From a virus (lineage: Duplodnaviria; Heunggongvirae; Uroviricota; Caudoviricetes), in the IMG/VR virus record IMGVR_UViG_3300028591_000140: a DNA stretch of 34,881 nucleotides; one strand, given 5' to 3'. The position numbers were made by a program, and so were the translations under genes. The notes under the pieces were generated by a model that worked only from the letters and a program-made list of their open reading frames with translations, did no database searches and was not told the DNA's origin. Positions 1 to 7,156 of the stretch are shown one piece after another (position 1 is the first letter of the stretch; each line of letters opens with the position of its first letter).

Positions 1-59
1 ATTTTTCACACGACCTTGAGAAAAACCAGTGCTTTCAATGCTTTTAGGGTCCGAATAAA

Positions 60-87
60 GTGGGTTCGAGTCCCACCACCGGCACCA
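60..87 (+). other. attP core: 3' fragment of a tRNA (T-arm, acceptor strand, CCA), probably tRNA-Leu
   Basis: GTGGGTTCGAGTCCCAC-CACCGGC-A-CCA is a T-stem-loop plus acceptor 3' strand, discriminator A and CCA. Upstream nt 1-59 do not form D or anticodon arms, so this is not an intact tRNA. The Leu assignment is from recall of Firmicutes tRNA-Leu ends. Confidence 0.85.
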
Positions 88-93
88 AACGGG

Positions 94-132
94 AGAGCCT
101 TGAACTACAATGGTTTGAGGCTCTTTCCTTTT
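94..132 (+). terminator. Intrinsic terminator-like hairpin after the tRNA 3' fragment
   Basis: AGAGCCT(94-100) pairs with AGGCTCT(118-124), extended by TGAAC/GTTTG; followed by TTCCTTTT. Confidence 0.6.
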
Positions 133-281
133 ATTCATGCGGGTTTCCGGGTTTTCTGCCTGCAAGGATTCGTTCAGTCGTGATCGACCTATTTCACACG
201 AAAATGAGAAAATTTCACACGAATTTTCACACGCCGAAAGAGGCTGCGAACCGATCGAAAAATCAAAGTAGTTGTAAATGA

Positions 282-321
282 CTCTCCCCAAAGCCGTAAC
301 AGACTCTGGGGAGAGCTTTTT
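282..321. terminator. Hairpin at the end of the minus-strand gene block; possible terminator
   Basis: CTCTCCCCA(282-290) and TGGGGAGAG(307-315) form a perfect 9-bp inverted repeat; T-run at 317-321 on the plus strand; adjacent to the stop of 320..580. Confidence 0.6.
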
Positions 322-580
322 AATACTCCAAAATAGCGATCATCGTCTCTTTATTTCGATGAACGGCCTTGATCTTCTTTCGGAGATACGACTCATTGAG
401 GGCCAACTTGATCCGAGTCAGACTGCCCTCAGCAAGAGTCTTTCCTTTTTCTTTTACCACAAAATGGTAAGTATCAGTCTCAGAGAAATCACAGAGGTGA
501 GTCGGATCCTTCGGAGGCTTGACCGGCTGAGCAACAGCAGCCTCTCTTTTACGTTTCATCAGCTCAGAGTAATAACTCAT
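320..580 (-). CDS. Hypothetical protein (86 aa)
   Basis: ORF whose start overlaps the stop of the upstream gene by 4 nt; no recognisable motif. Confidence 0.7.
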   Translation of the reverse strand: MSYYSELMKRKREAAVAQPVKPPKDPTHLCDFSETDTYHFVVKEKGKTLAEGSLTRIKLALNESYLRKKIKAVHRNKETMIAILEY

Positions 581-1251
581 TCACTGTACCTCCAATAGTG
601 TGTGGTCGGGGTGATTGTGTAGGCATCTTTCAAGAAGAGTTGTCCGTCTATAATCTCAATCCAAGCATATCGCCAAGAACAAGGACGTTCTGAGGCATTA
701 TAACAAAGATCAACAACTTTCTCGGCAATTTTATAGTAATCACTGACAACAGGAATTGTGTCATCGGCTTGATAAGCGATCCACTGACCGGGCTGATCCA
801 GAATTTCATCGAATGTACCACCAAATTCAGGATGAAGCTCACGGTTGTAGACACAAATGCCGTATGTAACCAGATCGAAATAATCGAAGTTAAAGTCACG
901 AGCTTTCTCAAACATCTGAGCAAGCCGTGTAATTTGGTGCTTGCGTTTCGTTCCCTCATCCATCATCTGAAGGGTTCTCTCGGCGGACTCGGCTGCTCGC
1001 TGCTCTTCGAGGGCCTGCTTGTATTCCTCGATAGCCTCAAAACGAATCTGGCTGACAGAGTCTTCGAGCTTTCTTTCACAATTATTGTAGCCGAGCATAT
1101 AGCCTACGAAGCCGCCAAAGAGAGCAAATACCATAATGATGGCTATGAGAAACCACTGATCCATCCCAATCGGACGAACCAACTCATTGTGGATTCGCTC
1201 CTTAATACTCGCCCAAAATGCACTTACTTCCATTTTGAATGTCTGATCCAT
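577..1251 (-). CDS. Membrane-anchored SleB/Hydrolase_2-like cell wall hydrolase
   Basis: N-terminal hydrophobic helix (WFLIAIIMVFALFGGFVGYMLGY), charged coiled region, then LAQMFEKAR...CVYNRE...FGGTFDEILDQPGQW, resembling the SleB pattern LA..aEA...V.NR...FP.T..eVi.Q.gQF. Start placed at ATG 1251 behind the AAGGAG SD (track start 1272). Confidence 0.6.
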   Translation of the reverse strand: MDQTFKMEVSAFWASIKERIHNELVRPIGMDQWFLIAIIMVFALFGGFVGYMLGYNNCERKLEDSVSQIRFEAIEEYKQALEEQRAAESAERTLQMMDEGTKRKHQITRLAQMFEKARDFNFDYFDLVTYGICVYNRELHPEFGGTFDEILDQPGQWIAYQADDTIPVVSDYYKIAEKVVDLCYNASERPCSWRYAWIEIIDGQLFLKDAYTITPTTHYWRYSE

Positions 1252-1277
1252 CTTGCCGATTTCTCCTTTCATATTAC

Positions 1278-1315
1278 AAAAATGAGAGAGCCTGTCCTTT
1301 TGGATAAGCTCTCTC
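1278..1315 (-). terminator. Intrinsic terminator after the HhH gene
   Basis: GAGAGAGC(1284-1291)/GCTCTCTC(1308-1315) stem with inner TCC-TTTT-GGA; on the minus strand followed by ATTTTT, just past the stop at 1321. Confidence 0.75.
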
Positions 1316-1320
1316 GACTT

Positions 1321-1527
1321 TTACTTCTTGCCGTACAGGTCACATGCAACCTGCATGATAAGAAGCGCGGCCTTTCGACCGATGCCCGGAATACGCAGCA
1401 ACTCATCCAGAGTAGTGTCCAGAAGTGCATGCCCTTCCATCAGCTTCATCACACGTTTGGCCTCAGATTTGCTGGACGCGTACTTGAGATAACGCTCCTC
1501 CAAGGTCAGTTCTTTCTTTTCGGCCAT
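1321..1527 (-). CDS. Small helix-hairpin-helix (HhH) DNA-binding protein
   Basis: LDELLRIPGIGRKAALLI matches the HhH consensus L..lpGiG.k.A..I. Confidence 0.7.
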   Translation of the reverse strand: MAEKKELTLEERYLKYASSKSEAKRVMKLMEGHALLDTTLDELLRIPGIGRKAALLIMQVACDLYGKK

Positions 1528-1545
1528 GATAATAAGCCTCCTTTA

Positions 1546-2382
1546 TTATTCAATCACGGCAACTGTGACCGTGAGTTTGATCTTCTTGTTCTCGTACTTA
1601 TGAGCGAGGAACTGGAGAGCCTCGAGATCAAAGCCGTCCATCTCAAGCATGAGATCACGGAGATAGCTCGGCTGAGTTTCACAAGCGAAGCCAGTAGTCT
1701 GAGGGAGATCCACTTTCTCGTTGAGATAATAGCGGACAGTTGCCTCTGGAATATGCAGGTCGGCTGCAATGTATGGGATTGTCGTACCAGCCTCGCGCAT
1801 AGCTCTGGCCTTTTCGATCATCTCGTTTTTCGCCTTCGCCACCTCTTCACGACGTTCTCCAATGGTGACAACACTTTTCTTAGCATCCTCAGCCAAAGTT
1901 TTAAGCGACGGCAGAGGCTGTCCGGTGATTGGCTGCTCGGGATCAGTTTCAGGCTGAGCAGCTTTACGCATGTCATCCACCAGACGGATACGGCCGACAT
2001 GACCACCATGGTGCTTCTCGACCTTGAGTTTCTCCATAAGTCCGGCTTTCATGAAATGCTTGCGAAGAGTCTGATCATCCTTTTTGCCAAAGAGAGTCAC
2101 AGACAGGGTGCTCAGGCCAATGTTGTAATGCTCGCTCATGCGATTGATGTACTCAACCTGAATGTCACTGGGCATAGCCAGAAACTCATCCCAGGAATAA
2201 AACTCGCTCAGTTTATAGTTGATAACGCTGCCATTCATCGCTTTCAAGTCCTTTCTTTTCATAGTCTCGTAAGGGAGACTGCACTTCTTACTCTTGGCTC
2301 CGCATTTCTTGTTGCGGGAACCTCTTGCAATACGTTTCTTTTCTCGAATGTCCGAGTTGAAAACATACTCAATCTCGTTCAT
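1546..2382 (-). CDS. Hypothetical protein with C-terminal HTH-like segment
   Basis: MREAGTTIPYIAADLHIPEATVRYYL is HTH-like. Start placed at ATG 2382 behind AAGGAG (track start TTG 2448). Confidence 0.7.
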   Translation of the reverse strand: MNEIEYVFNSDIREKKRIARGSRNKKCGAKSKKCSLPYETMKRKDLKAMNGSVINYKLSEFYSWDEFLAMPSDIQVEYINRMSEHYNIGLSTLSVTLFGKKDDQTLRKHFMKAGLMEKLKVEKHHGGHVGRIRLVDDMRKAAQPETDPEQPITGQPLPSLKTLAEDAKKSVVTIGERREEVAKAKNEMIEKARAMREAGTTIPYIAADLHIPEATVRYYLNEKVDLPQTTGFACETQPSYLRDLMLEMDGFDLEALQFLAHKYENKKIKLTVTVAVIE

Positions 2383-2487
2383 CGGGGGGGGGCACTCCTT
2401 TCGAAAAATTAATAGCAGACTCCGAATTTTCGGATTCGCCCTCAACAAGGGCTATCTGCTTCATTAAAAAGAGTGTATTTCTTGCGA

Positions 2488-2712
2488 CTACTTGGCTTCC
2501 TGATTATTTACAACTTTAAAGACAATTTGCTTGTGGGCTGAAATATCATCGTACTCCATCCCAAGATAGAAACGGATTCGCTCATCTCCGTCTTCATTTG
2601 TTTCCAGAAAAATTGTGCCATCATTAGGCGTATGTTTGAGGGCATTCCCGATGAAAACACCGGCGATCATCCCTGCAAGAAGCATACCTAATGCTAAAAG
2701 AACTGTTTCCAA
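2488..2712 (-). CDS. Small protein with one N-terminal transmembrane helix
   Basis: SD AAAGGAG upstream; hydrophobic VLLALGMLLAGMIAGVFIG. Confidence 0.75.
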   Translation of the reverse strand: METVLLALGMLLAGMIAGVFIGNALKHTPNDGTIFLETNEDGDERIRFYLGMEYDDISAHKQIVFKVVNNQEAK

Positions 2713-2740
2713 TTCTAAATACTCCTTTCAAATCTACACG

Positions 2741-2776
2741 AAAATCCCTCCCGAGAGATTGTACAGACGGGAGGGA
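2741..2776 (-). terminator. Intrinsic terminator after the lysis cassette
   Basis: TCCCTCCCG(2745-2753)/CGGGAGGGA(2768-2776) perfect 9-bp stem, followed by TTTT on the minus strand. Confidence 0.75.
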
Positions 2777-2893
2777 CTTGGGTCTGGTAACTACCTTACC
2801 ATTTTGAATTTACCTCTGAGACTTTCTCCATCTCTGCCTACAAATCAAGTCTAATCAGACGAATGTTAGCAGATGATGCTTTCTGAGATGTAA

Positions 2894-3184
2894 TTAAGCG
2901 CCGAGAGCGTTCTTCAGCTCCATAACGGCCGATTCGATCGTGACCTTCAGGTCCTCAGCATTCAAATGAAAGCCCTTGGACTCCAGATACTCACTGACAT
3001 AAGCGAATTTCTCTGCACCCATGCCATGCTCTTTGAAGATCATCTCTGCGGCATAGACAGCCGCTTTTGCCCACTTCTGAAGTCGTCTTTCCTTGAGGAG
3101 AGGAATCAGATAGCGAACAGCCAGTGCAACCAGCAGGAGGATGAGTGCACTGAAAATAGTGGTAAGATCAATCTGGGTAGTCAT
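2894..3184 (-). CDS. Holin, LL-H family
   Basis: One N-terminal TM helix then KWAKAAVYAAEMIF...GAEKFAYV...IESAV, typical of LL-H holins; downstream of the endolysin. Confidence 0.85.
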   Translation of the reverse strand: MTTQIDLTTIFSALILLLVALAVRYLIPLLKERRLQKWAKAAVYAAEMIFKEHGMGAEKFAYVSEYLESKGFHLNAEDLKVTIESAVMELKNALGA

Positions 3185-3435
3185 TTGTTCTTTTCCTCAT
3201 CTTTCTTATAGCGTTCATATGCTTCGATTTCCCAATCGTGATCCTGATGCCGAACTTTCGATGTCTTTATCCACCCAAGCACACCACATTCTCCCACCAC
3301 CGAGGTAAACCAACAGGTCACCAGCGTGTCCGGAATAGCATAATGGGTGTGAAAGAGATAAATCATTTCAATCGTAAATGCGACAGTCAGGATCCCGATA
3401 AGAGCCAAAATAAAGTTGGAGGTTTTCATGCTCAC
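3181..3435 (-). CDS. Small two-TM membrane protein in the lysis cassette (holin-like or accessory)
   Basis: Two hydrophobic segments and a charged C-terminus; 4-nt overlaps with both neighbours. Confidence 0.65.
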   Translation of the reverse strand: MSMKTSNFILALIGILTVAFTIEMIYLFHTHYAIPDTLVTCWFTSVVGECGVLGWIKTSKVRHQDHDWEIEAYERYKKDEEKNK

Positions 3436-5054
3436 AGATCCTCAACGTCAGCAGCATCGACCCAGCCAAAGACATTTGACCCGCCATTTGTTGCATGAGC
3501 CAGGTAGTAAGGATGTGCCTTCCCTTTCTGGACAGTTACGACGCGAGCCTTGCCGGGAGTAGCAGGCTGACTCATTTTAGCAGTGGGGCTCATATACTGC
3601 TTGTTGCCAGTGAAGTTCACGAAATTCCCGATCTTGAACTCAGATATTCCTTGCGGAGTTAGTGTGAACCCGGGAACTGTAGGTGTGGTGCTCGGCTGAG
3701 CCTGAGACTGTGCAGGCTTCATAGCAGCAAAAGTTGCCGGACCAAAATATCCACATTCCGGAAGATTATGGTCATACTGAAACTGCTTAAGGGCAGCTAG
3801 AGTATCAACTCCAAAGTCGCCATCAGTCCCATCATTGCCGACATCATAGCCAAGCTCGATCAGCCGATTCTGCATAGCAGCGACCTGCTCATTTTTATCA
3901 CCAAGACGAAGGAACATGTTATTCACAATGTTCATGTCTATGTTGATAGTAACGGCAGGCTCCTGAGAGGCAGTTACATTACCCGCAAGCTCCCAGATCG
4001 GAATGCCATAACCAGCAATACGGCCATCATGTATTGAGTAAGTCATTCTTGCCACCCGGTCCATGATGTTGCCTTCAATAGTCGTGATCTGGTCACCGTT
4101 CACAGCCTCGACGATGCCCGTATGATTGATCTGCCCAGCATTGTCATAGAAGAAAATCTGAGCACCAGGTATCGGAGTCTTAACAAAGCGCCCAGATGCC
4201 TGGTAGTAGTCCTTCGAGTATTTGCATCCAGCACCAGCAGAATTCTTCGGCTGGCAAAGCATCTTCATAGCTGTATCAGCGCCAAAGCACTTCATAAAGA
4301 GCCAGTCCACAAATACATCGCACCAAGCCGCTCCCTGTTTCTTTCCATTATAGAAAGACTGAATCTCATCAAGATCCCGAGCATACTTAGTCCAGTTGCC
4401 TGTTCCAGCGTTGGCATTCTTATCATCGAGACCGACGCCAGACATCTTCTCATGATAGTCAAGCTCGGATCTTGCAAGTGCCAAAACCTTTTCAGCAGCC
4501 GCATTCACACTTCCATTTTGATTTGCCGTAGTGGATGACATGGTGTCACCACCTTTCTGCTTCAATTTCTGGTACCACTCGTTTGCATACTGAAGACGAT
4601 CGGCCAAATTCTGAGCCTTCTCCTGAGGATTCTCCCACTCATAGAGCAGAGTCTTGGTCAAAGCATTCAGATCATGGCTTGTCTGGAGCTGACGCCAAAT
4701 CCCGGGAAACTTTTTATAAAGTTCCCAGAGCATAAAAGCTACCATGTTTTCCATGTTGCCGATGGAAGCTCCACGATTTCTCGTAAACTCCAAGTAAGAG
4801 GTTTTACGGGATTTCTCGGTAAGCTGATAGAGACCATAGCCAATCTCATCAGTGGCAAACTGAGTATAAGTACCGTTATCGACTGCACGAGTATAATCTT
4901 CATCAGACCAACCCATGCCATCTTGCACATTGTTTACGATGAAGTGACTTTCCTTTTCAATTTGACCGAAAAGGGCCGCAATTCCTTCAAGCGTAAAGCT
5001 GACTTTTTCACATTCAGTTTGAATGTAGTCAGCAACTTGCTGCTTGTTACTCAC
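3432..5054 (-). CDS. Multidomain endolysin: phage-tail-lysozyme-like domain, CHAP, peptidoglycan-binding domain, SH3-like domain
   Basis: GIAALFGQIEKES...GYGLYQLT...RK (lysozyme-like); AWCDVFVDW...HTGIVEAV...TTIEGN (CHAP Cys/His); LRLGDKNEQVAAMQNRLIELGY...DGDFG..T..ALKQFQ (PG-binding); C-terminal VFGWVDAADV. Confidence 0.9.
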   Translation of the reverse strand: MSNKQQVADYIQTECEKVSFTLEGIAALFGQIEKESHFIVNNVQDGMGWSDEDYTRAVDNGTYTQFATDEIGYGLYQLTEKSRKTSYLEFTRNRGASIGNMENMVAFMLWELYKKFPGIWRQLQTSHDLNALTKTLLYEWENPQEKAQNLADRLQYANEWYQKLKQKGGDTMSSTTANQNGSVNAAAEKVLALARSELDYHEKMSGVGLDDKNANAGTGNWTKYARDLDEIQSFYNGKKQGAAWCDVFVDWLFMKCFGADTAMKMLCQPKNSAGAGCKYSKDYYQASGRFVKTPIPGAQIFFYDNAGQINHTGIVEAVNGDQITTIEGNIMDRVARMTYSIHDGRIAGYGIPIWELAGNVTASQEPAVTINIDMNIVNNMFLRLGDKNEQVAAMQNRLIELGYDVGNDGTDGDFGVDTLAALKQFQYDHNLPECGYFGPATFAAMKPAQSQAQPSTTPTVPGFTLTPQGISEFKIGNFVNFTGNKQYMSPTAKMSQPATPGKARVVTVQKGKAHPYYLAHATNGGSNVFGWVDAADVEDL

Positions 5055-5117
5055 TTATGATCACCTCAATCCTCTTCCAGAAGACCGGAGTAACACTTTT
5101 CGTCATCGTCTTCCATA

Positions 5118-5264
5118 TCACATAGCGGGCGCAGGTCTCGGGCCGCAGATCTGAATGGCCTCGGCCTCAGTGATGTCTCCGTTGTCGACATAGGCCCAGA
5201 CTTCAACTGCGGTGATTTTGTGGAGACGATAACGGGTTCTGATGATTGGAAAAAGCTTAGACAT
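5118..5264 (-). CDS. XkdX-like small phage protein (48 aa, absent from the ORF track)
   Basis: My translation: MSKLFPIIRTRYRLHKITAVEVWAYVDNGDITEAEAIQICGPRPAPAM. The V..G.IT..E...I.G pattern and position after tail genes fit XkdX-type proteins. Confidence 0.7.
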   Translation of the reverse strand: MSKLFPIIRTRYRLHKITAVEVWAYVDNGDITEAEAIQICGPRPAPAM

Positions 5265-5268
5265 AGGT

Positions 5269-5574
5269 TTAGCCCTCCGTTAAGATGAGAATGAGCGCCT
5301 CCAGGTCAGAGACTCTATCCTCCAAAGTTGGTTCCTTGATGTCCACCTTACCGTATTCCCACCAGGCAGCAAAATTAGCTTCGATTTCAGCAAGAGTGTC
5401 AGTCCTGTCCTCAGGCATAAAAAAGACGACCTCGTCATAGACAAAGCCGACACCCTCCTCAGGATCTTCCACCTGCCTAATATTGTCTGCCAGGCATACT
5501 CTGGTTTTTCCCTCCGGATGCTCAAGTGTAACGCGCGAGGGATTGGAGGCGGATTTCGTGTCTACTAACAGCAT
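5269..5574 (-). CDS. Hypothetical tail-associated protein (101 aa)
   Basis: Strong SD AAAGGAGTGG; C-terminal EPTLEDRVSDLEALIL, typical of the small gene preceding XkdX-like genes. Confidence 0.75.
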   Translation of the reverse strand: MLLVDTKSASNPSRVTLEHPEGKTRVCLADNIRQVEDPEEGVGFVYDEVVFFMPEDRTDTLAEIEANFAAWWEYGKVDIKEPTLEDRVSDLEALILILTEG

Positions 5575-6739
5575 GAGATAACCACTCCTTTGTGTCCATG
5601 GCAGTTCGTCTGCTCCAATGAGCGACTATACATTTTGCCATTTTTAGGATCTCAATTACATGATACTTCCATTGAAGATGCTTACTTGTAGTCTGTTTGA
5701 CATAACCATATCTCGAAACCAGATTAGCAGCTCTCTGCCTCTGAATCGTACCGGTATTTTGAAGTTCTGTCCAAGCTCGACTATAACATCGTGCAATTCG
5801 CTTAAATACTCGTGGGCGAATCGTGGTATAAGTGCGATGAATCTCGAACCCACCCATATCAACGGCCGGACAACCGCGATAACCCGGTCTTGGCATATGC
5901 CTCGCTCGTCGTTCATCCTCCATGCTGTAAAGCTCAAGGATTGAACTTGTTTGCTTAATCTTCAGCTTCATGTTGTTATGAAACCATTTAGATAAAGCGG
6001 TGATGGCTTTTCTGGCTCCAGTTAAGGTTTCTGTGAGAATGCAGAAGTCATCCATATATGTGACAACCACTGAGACATAAGGATGAAATTTTCCTCGACG
6101 ATAAGACCCTTGGCCCATCAAATCTCTGATTGCATAGCTCATCATAAGATTAAACAACCAAGCATCAATGTAGCCGCCGATAATCAGATGTCCACCTGGA
6201 GCAAGATCTCTCAGATACTCAAGACCTTTGATGATCCATTTGCCACGAGGAATCTCTTGCTTTACTACTTTGATAACATCGTCATACATGACACTTGCAT
6301 AGGCATGAACAACGTCAGTCTTAGTAGCATAATTAATATTATATTTCGTTCTGCGAAGATACCAGCCGATTTGGTTTTTGAGCTTTGTTTGGCCTCTTCC
6401 GGGAATACTGGCATGTTGCGTAGGCAGAATTCGTGCGTGAAGAAGAGGATCCAGACCAAGTTTCACCACATGACCGAGAAGCTGATGGGCGATTGAGAGA
6501 CTCGCTATATCTCGCATCTTGTGGGTCATACCATCCGGCCGGGATTTAATGACAACTGGGTCTATATCTTCAATTTCATTTCCATCCATAAGATCTTCAA
6601 TCATCTGATCGACAAAATAGGCTATTGCATCGGTGGCCTCCATCTTGTAAAGAACAGACTGATTGAGCGTGTCAGCAAAAATCTCATAGCGTGGAACGCC
6701 GGAGTATTTTTCAACAAAACGAATGACATCTGTGCGCAT
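5522..6739 (-). CDS. DGR reverse transcriptase (probably extends upstream to ~6814-6820)
   Basis: Catalytic YMDD (6047-6058); HASIPGRG and KTDVVHAYASV RT motifs; adjacent to the TR. Confidence 0.95.
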   Translation of the reverse strand: MRTDVIRFVEKYSGVPRYEIFADTLNQSVLYKMEATDAIAYFVDQMIEDLMDGNEIEDIDPVVIKSRPDGMTHKMRDIASLSIAHQLLGHVVKLGLDPLLHARILPTQHASIPGRGQTKLKNQIGWYLRRTKYNINYATKTDVVHAYASVMYDDVIKVVKQEIPRGKWIIKGLEYLRDLAPGGHLIIGGYIDAWLFNLMMSYAIRDLMGQGSYRRGKFHPYVSVVVTYMDDFCILTETLTGARKAITALSKWFHNNMKLKIKQTSSILELYSMEDERRARHMPRPGYRGCPAVDMGGFEIHRTYTTIRPRVFKRIARCYSRAWTELQNTGTIQRQRAANLVSRYGYVKQTTSKHLQWKYHVIEILKMAKCIVAHWSRRTAMDTKEWLSHAVSRHEIRLQSLARYT

Positions 6740-7011
6740 CCATTTACGGTCAAAACAGGTGTCTACTGCTTTGTAAGCCAGATCATGGCTGTATCGGTTA
6801 AAATGTTGTTTCGTAATTATTCCTGCCTTTCTTTTCAGCGAGTGACTTTCGGTTAGACGATGACCTTAAAGCAGGCCCCGCCGCTCTACTACTTGCCACG
6901 TGACAGTGCCTCTCAGCACAGCACCCTCTTCGGTTCTCGTTCCCTGATGATTTTCATTTGGTGGGTTTCAAGACGCAATATCAGAAGATCTCTTCCTTTG
7001 TGTGTTCTTAA

Positions 7012-7156
7012 GAAAGACGCGGACGACCATTCCAGTTCGAGTTCGAGGGCGTATTGTTGCCATTCTCGTAGGCCAAACCAGCATTCGCCCCATTGTTCAA
7101 GTTACCGTAACGCCAAGGACAACGAACGCCAGCAGAGTTCGTACCGTTGAAGCCGC
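7012..7156 (-). repeat. DGR template repeat (TR), 145 nt
   Basis: Rich in AAY codons (conceptual translation GFNGTNSAGVRCPWRYGNLNNGANAGLAYENGNNTPSNSNWNGRPRLS); 29 adenines on the minus strand; aligns to 7381-7522. Confidence 0.97.

Larger units (their letters stand above)
4..233 (+). repeat. Four direct TTTCACACG repeats flanking the att core; likely integrase arm-type binding sites
   Basis: Exact copies at 4-12, 192-200, 213-221 and 225-233, on both sides of the tRNA fragment. Confidence 0.7.

Noticed and set aside
60-87. Intact tRNA gene
   Set aside because: Only the T-arm and acceptor 3' strand are present; upstream bases cannot form D or anticodon arms.
769-2412. 547-aa plus-strand ORF
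   Set aside because: Antisense shadow of three well-supported minus-strand genes and a terminator; no recognisable motifs or SD.
2458-2487. TCGCAAGAAATACAC...TTTAATGA as a promoter for the 1546..2382 gene
   Set aside because: The -35/-10 spacing is only ~13 nt and there is a single copy in the window. It resembles a motif I recall from related phages but cannot be supported from this sequence.
2780-2893. Intergenic region after the holin as a tRNA or ncRNA
   Set aside because: Only short hairpins (GGTAA/TTACC, GTCT/AGAC); no cloverleaf or TTCGA loop; not enough to call.
5065-5115. 16-codon acidic mini-ORF (MEDDDEKCYSGLLEED) before the endolysin
   Set aside because: Too short and without a clear SD; cannot be distinguished from chance.
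5269-5574. 101-aa ORF overlapping the RT end as a possible Avd
   Set aside because: Acidic and beta-like with an XkdX-like neighbour; not the basic four-helix pattern expected for Avd. Only a structure prediction could settle this fully.
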